Position numbers and translations under genes: made by a program. A stretch of 32,000 nucleotides of DNA from Wolbachia endosymbiont of Armadillidium arcangelii (GTDB lineage Bacteria > Pseudomonadota > Alphaproteobacteria > Rickettsiales > Anaplasmataceae). The notes below the pieces were generated by a model. It saw only the letters and a list, made by a program, of their open reading frames with translations, did no database searches and was not told the origin of the DNA. This document shows, piece after piece, positions 28,995 to 32,000 of the stretch (the first letter of the stretch is position 1; every line of letters starts with the position of its first letter). The stretch covers positions 1,458,001-1,490,000 of the forward strand of contig NZ_CP157942.1 in assembly GCF_040207875.1 (NCBI RefSeq). Direction: 5' to 3'.

Positions 28995-30023
28995 CTATAA
29001 ATTAGGACTTTGAGGGTGATTTACACATAAGTCAGCTAAGCACTTGATAAATAAGAAATCGGTACTGAGAGTTGGTACGCGAAAGTAATATCCTTCTTTG
29101 ATAATTGCTTTATACTCTATATCAAGTTCAACTAGCGTTTCCGAATGCTCAGAAACAAAAGATATAGGTGACAAAACTACAGGTATATCATCGGCTCTTG
29201 CGCGTGACAGCTCACTTTCAGTGCTCGGCTCTAACCATTTTACAGGGCCAACCTTACTTTGATAGCATATTCCCCAATCAAGATCTTCAATATTCAATTT
29301 TTTTACTATTAATTTTACTGTTTTTTCTATCTGTGAAGCGTAAGGATCGCCTTTTTTAATAACACTAATAGGTAGGCTATGGGCTGAAAATAGGACTCTT
29401 GGCTTACCGATTTTGCTAGCTAATTTATAATATTTAGACGTCAGATTAACATGAGCCTCAATAAAGTCTTTATTGTCATAGTAATGATTGATTACTTTTG
29501 TGTTACATTCTAGGCTATATTTTTTGGCATTTTTCTGCCAATTTTCAATGGATGACAGGGTTGTGGTGGTTGAATATTGGGGATATAGTGGTAGCAGAAT
29601 GATTTCGTCAGGATCGAATTGCTTTACGCTTTTAACAACTTCATCAGCAAATGGATGCCAATAACGCATGCAGATGAATACTTTTGATGTCATTCCAGCG
29701 CTTGACGCTGGAATCCAGTGTTTTTTTCTAGATCCCAGTGTCTGAGCACTGGGATGACACAAGATAGGTTCATTAAGCTTACATTCAAGTGCATTAGCTT
29801 GTGCTTTTGTATTTTCCAAAATTGGTGATTTACCTCCAATTTCCTCGTATATTTTTCGTGCAATATTTTCTCGTTTTGCAGATATAAACTTTGCTAAAAG
29901 AAACCGAAAGGGATTCAGTAGATTGATTATTCTCCTGTCATAAAAAAGATTGAATAAAAAAGGACGAACCGCATTCAATGAATTAGGTCCGCCAAGGTTA
30001 AATAAGATAACTGCCTTTTTCAC
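28995..30023 (-). CDS. hemH: Ferrochelatase with short in-frame repeat insertion
   Basis: 342 aa; [54 protein letters not shown] and [17 protein letters not shown]. Confidence 0.95.
   Translation of the reverse strand: MKKAVILFNLGGPNSLNAVRPFLFNLFYDRRIINLLNPFRFLLAKFISAKRENIARKIYEEIGGKSPILENTKAQANALECKLNEPILCHPSAQTLGSRKKHWIPASSAGMTSKVFICMRYWHPFADEVVKSVKQFDPDEIILLPLYPQYSTTTTLSSIENWQKNAKKYSLECNTKVINHYYDNKDFIEAHVNLTSKYYKLASKIGKPRVLFSAHSLPISVIKKGDPYASQIEKTVKLIVKKLNIEDLDWGICYQSKVGPVKWLEPSTESELSRARADDIPVVLSPISFVSEHSETLVELDIEYKAIIKEGYYFRVPTLSTDFLFIKCLADLCVNHPQSPNL
29685..29765 (-). repeat. Palindromic repeat inserted in frame in hemH
   Basis: Encodes [27 protein letters not shown] between LNEP and [11 protein letters not shown]. 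Confidence 0.85.
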
Positions 30024-30030
30024 CTACGCA

Positions 30031-30846
30031 CTACTTACAACAAGTTACTTCTGGGGCGCCTATAAAATTAGCTACACACTCATCGAGTTTAGTTGCAGGC
30101 ACTAAATTTCTCACACTTGCATACAATAAATGGCCTGATCTCTGCAGGTTACTCTTGGTGGATGTGAAGCTCCAATCAAAAAATGTATCGACAAAAAGAC
30201 TTGGTACCGTTTCAAGAAGTTCAACAGCAGCTAAAGATAACATGATACAACTTTGCAGGACCTTCAGAAGAACCTTTAGAGGGAAAAGTAAAACTTTAAC
30301 GAAAAGAGAGGTGCTACTCGTTTCATACAGTGGTTGCCCTAGATTAGGCGAATTATACTCGATGTGTTTTCTATTTTGATTGAAAATAGGAAATTTTATA
30401 GCATCCTTCTTAAATTCCGTGTCTATTTCTTTTCTACTATGGTTGGTGATTTTTTCCATTAACTCCTCACGCACGTGAAAAGTTCTTACAAAAAAGCATG
30501 TTGCAACCATCAATGCAGCACATATAAGCGCACACTGTATAAGACTTATACTACCTACCATAGCTGGCAGCGCAAAACAAACAAATGGCACTATAACAGC
30601 CATTTCAAGAAACGGAATAGTATTTCTTTTCATTGCAAAGGCAGCGCCTTTTTTTAATTCTGTATTATGATGTGAGCTATATTCCAAATAACTTAAAAAT
30701 GCCAAATTAAAAGTCAAAAATCCTTTTGTTCCACAAAAAATTGACGATTTCAAGTTATTGACCAATTTTTTAGCAGTAGATCCAACTTGTTTTTCAGTGG
30801 TAGGCTCAGCTTGTTTGGTAGTGTTATTTTTACAACATTCACCCAT
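30031..30846 (-). CDS. Hypothetical membrane protein, Cys-rich termini
   Basis: 271-aa ORF; hydrophobic segments (MAVIVPFVCFALPAMVGSISLIQCALICAALMVATCFFV); N-terminal MGECCKNNT, C-terminal APEVTCCK. Confidence 0.65.
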   Translation of the reverse strand: MGECCKNNTTKQAEPTTEKQVGSTAKKLVNNLKSSIFCGTKGFLTFNLAFLSYLEYSSHHNTELKKGAAFAMKRNTIPFLEMAVIVPFVCFALPAMVGSISLIQCALICAALMVATCFFVRTFHVREELMEKITNHSRKEIDTEFKKDAIKFPIFNQNRKHIEYNSPNLGQPLYETSSTSLFVKVLLFPLKVLLKVLQSCIMLSLAAVELLETVPSLFVDTFFDWSFTSTKSNLQRSGHLLYASVRNLVPATKLDECVANFIGAPEVTCCK

Positions 30847-30958
30847 ACAATACCTCCTTGATGGTTTGTTCTTAACTATAAGTAAAAAAATGCTTTTATG
30901 AAATCAAAATTTATAATAAAATAAATCTACAAATATACAATCTTATATAAGAAACAAC

Positions 30959-31378
30959 ATGGCAATTGAGAAAACACTTTCAATATTAAAACCTGATGCA
31001 GTAAAAAATAACATTACAGGCAAGGTAAATTCATACATTGAAAGCTCTGAGCTGAAAATTATAGCACAAAAAATGATGCTGCTGACAAAAAAACAAGCAG
31101 AGCTGTTTTATGAAATTCATAAAGATAGGTCTTTTTTTGGAGAATTAGTGGAATTTATGACCTCTGGTTCTGTGATAGTTCAAGTTTTAGTTGGTGAAAA
31201 TGCAGTAAGTAAATACAGACAAATCATGGGAGCTACAGATCCAAAACAGGCAGATAAAGGCACAATCAGAGGTGATTTTGCTGATGACATTAGTGAAAAT
31301 AGAGTTCATGGTTCTGATAGTCTAGAAAATGCTCATAGGGAAATAGCTTTCTTTTTTGCTGAGTGTGAATTAGTGTAG
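30959..31378 (+). CDS. ndk: Nucleoside diphosphate kinase
   Basis: 139 aa; [37 protein letters not shown] and [20 protein letters not shown]. Confidence 0.97.
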   Translation: MAIEKTLSILKPDAVKNNITGKVNSYIESSELKIIAQKMMLLTKKQAELFYEIHKDRSFFGELVEFMTSGSVIVQVLVGENAVSKYRQIMGATDPKQADKGTIRGDFADDISENRVHGSDSLENAHREIAFFFAECELV

Positions 31379-31504
31379 TTTTACTTTTTTATACATAATT
31401 AAATTTTCTGAATTTTATGTTGAGCTATGGAATATTAGCTAAATTTTTAGTTATGAAGGAAAAGCTTTATATCAATTTCATGCATAGTATAGATAATATT
31501 TAAA

Positions 31505-32000
31505 ATGGATCATATTGTTAATGCCTATAATAGATCTGAAGCTTCTATAGTTAGAGGAGAAGGAGTATATCTCTTCGATAAGGATGGTAAAAAATATTTA
31601 GACTTTGCTGCGGGAATTTCTACAACCTCTCTAGGCCATTGTCATCCATACATTACAGATAAACTGAAAGAGCAATTGGGTTCATTGTGGCACTGCTCTA
31701 ATATTTTCACTATCCCTGAGCAGGAGAGGCTCGCTCAGCGTTTAACAGAACTTACCTTTGCTGATAAAGTTTTTTTCTGCTCAAGTGGACTTGAAGCAAC
31801 AGAAGCTGCAATTAAATTTATTCGCCGTTATTTCTACTCAAAAAATCAGGAAAAGCGTAATCGCATCATTACAATTGAAGGAGGTTTTCATGGCCGCAGT
31901 ATTGCTGCAATTTCTGCTGGAGGAAATGAAAAATCACGCGAAGGTTTTGCTCCACTCCTTTCTGGTTTTGACAAGGTACCAAGAAATGACATTAAAGCGC
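31505..32000 (+). CDS. argD: Acetylornithine/succinyldiaminopimelate-type aminotransferase, N-terminal part (runs off the right edge)
   Basis: Manual translation from ATG at 31505: MDHIVNAYNRSEASIVRGEGVYLFDKDGKKYLDFAAGISTTSLGHCHPYITDKLKEQLGSLWHCSNIF...FFCSSGLEATEAAIKFIRRYF...IIT IEGGFHGRSIAAISAGG. Confidence 0.85.
   Translation, partial: MDHIVNAYNRSEASIVRGEGVYLFDKDGKKYLDFAAGISTTSLGHCHPYITDKLKEQLGSLWHCSNIFTIPEQERLAQRLTELTFADKVFFCSSGLEATEAAIKFIRRYFYSKNQEKRNRIITIEGGFHGRSIAAISAGGNEKSREGFAPLLSGFDKVPRNDIKA

Noticed and set aside
1-32000. CRISPR array
   Set aside because: No regularly spaced identical direct repeats were seen; the dispersed palindromes are irregular and sometimes lie within genes.
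1-32000. tRNA or rRNA genes
   Set aside because: No convincing cloverleaf/GTTCRANYC pattern or rRNA-like sequence was noticed by eye; a tRNAscan/Infernal run would be decisive.

Overview
The window looks like an AT-rich alphaproteobacterial endosymbiont chromosome of Wolbachia type. This is judged from gene content, repeat style and protein character; no database search was run. Core genes recognised: nuoG (5' part), pepA, a folate cluster folA-folKP-folB-CADD/PqqC-like, priA, thyX, murA, fabF, acpP, an ispA-type polyprenyl synthase, hslV-hslU, gshA, hemH, ndk and argD (5' part). An accessory island (about 6.3-11.1 kb) holds two ankyrin/transmembrane proteins, a frameshifted IS110-family transposase with a structured upstream non-coding region (bridge RNA candidate), a lineage-specific ORF, and a ~240 bp imperfect inverted repeat enclosing most of it. 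A second accessory module (13.7-18.2 kb) pairs an unknown 318-aa protein with a 1169-aa protein. The larger one has a degenerate and an intact HExxH metallopeptidase-like domain, about 10 ankyrin repeats, and a distinct C-terminus. A family of short palindromic repeats (core gtcattccagtgcttgacactggaatccag) is scattered between genes and has inserted in frame into priA (~169 codons), ispA (~66 codons) and hemH (~27 codons).
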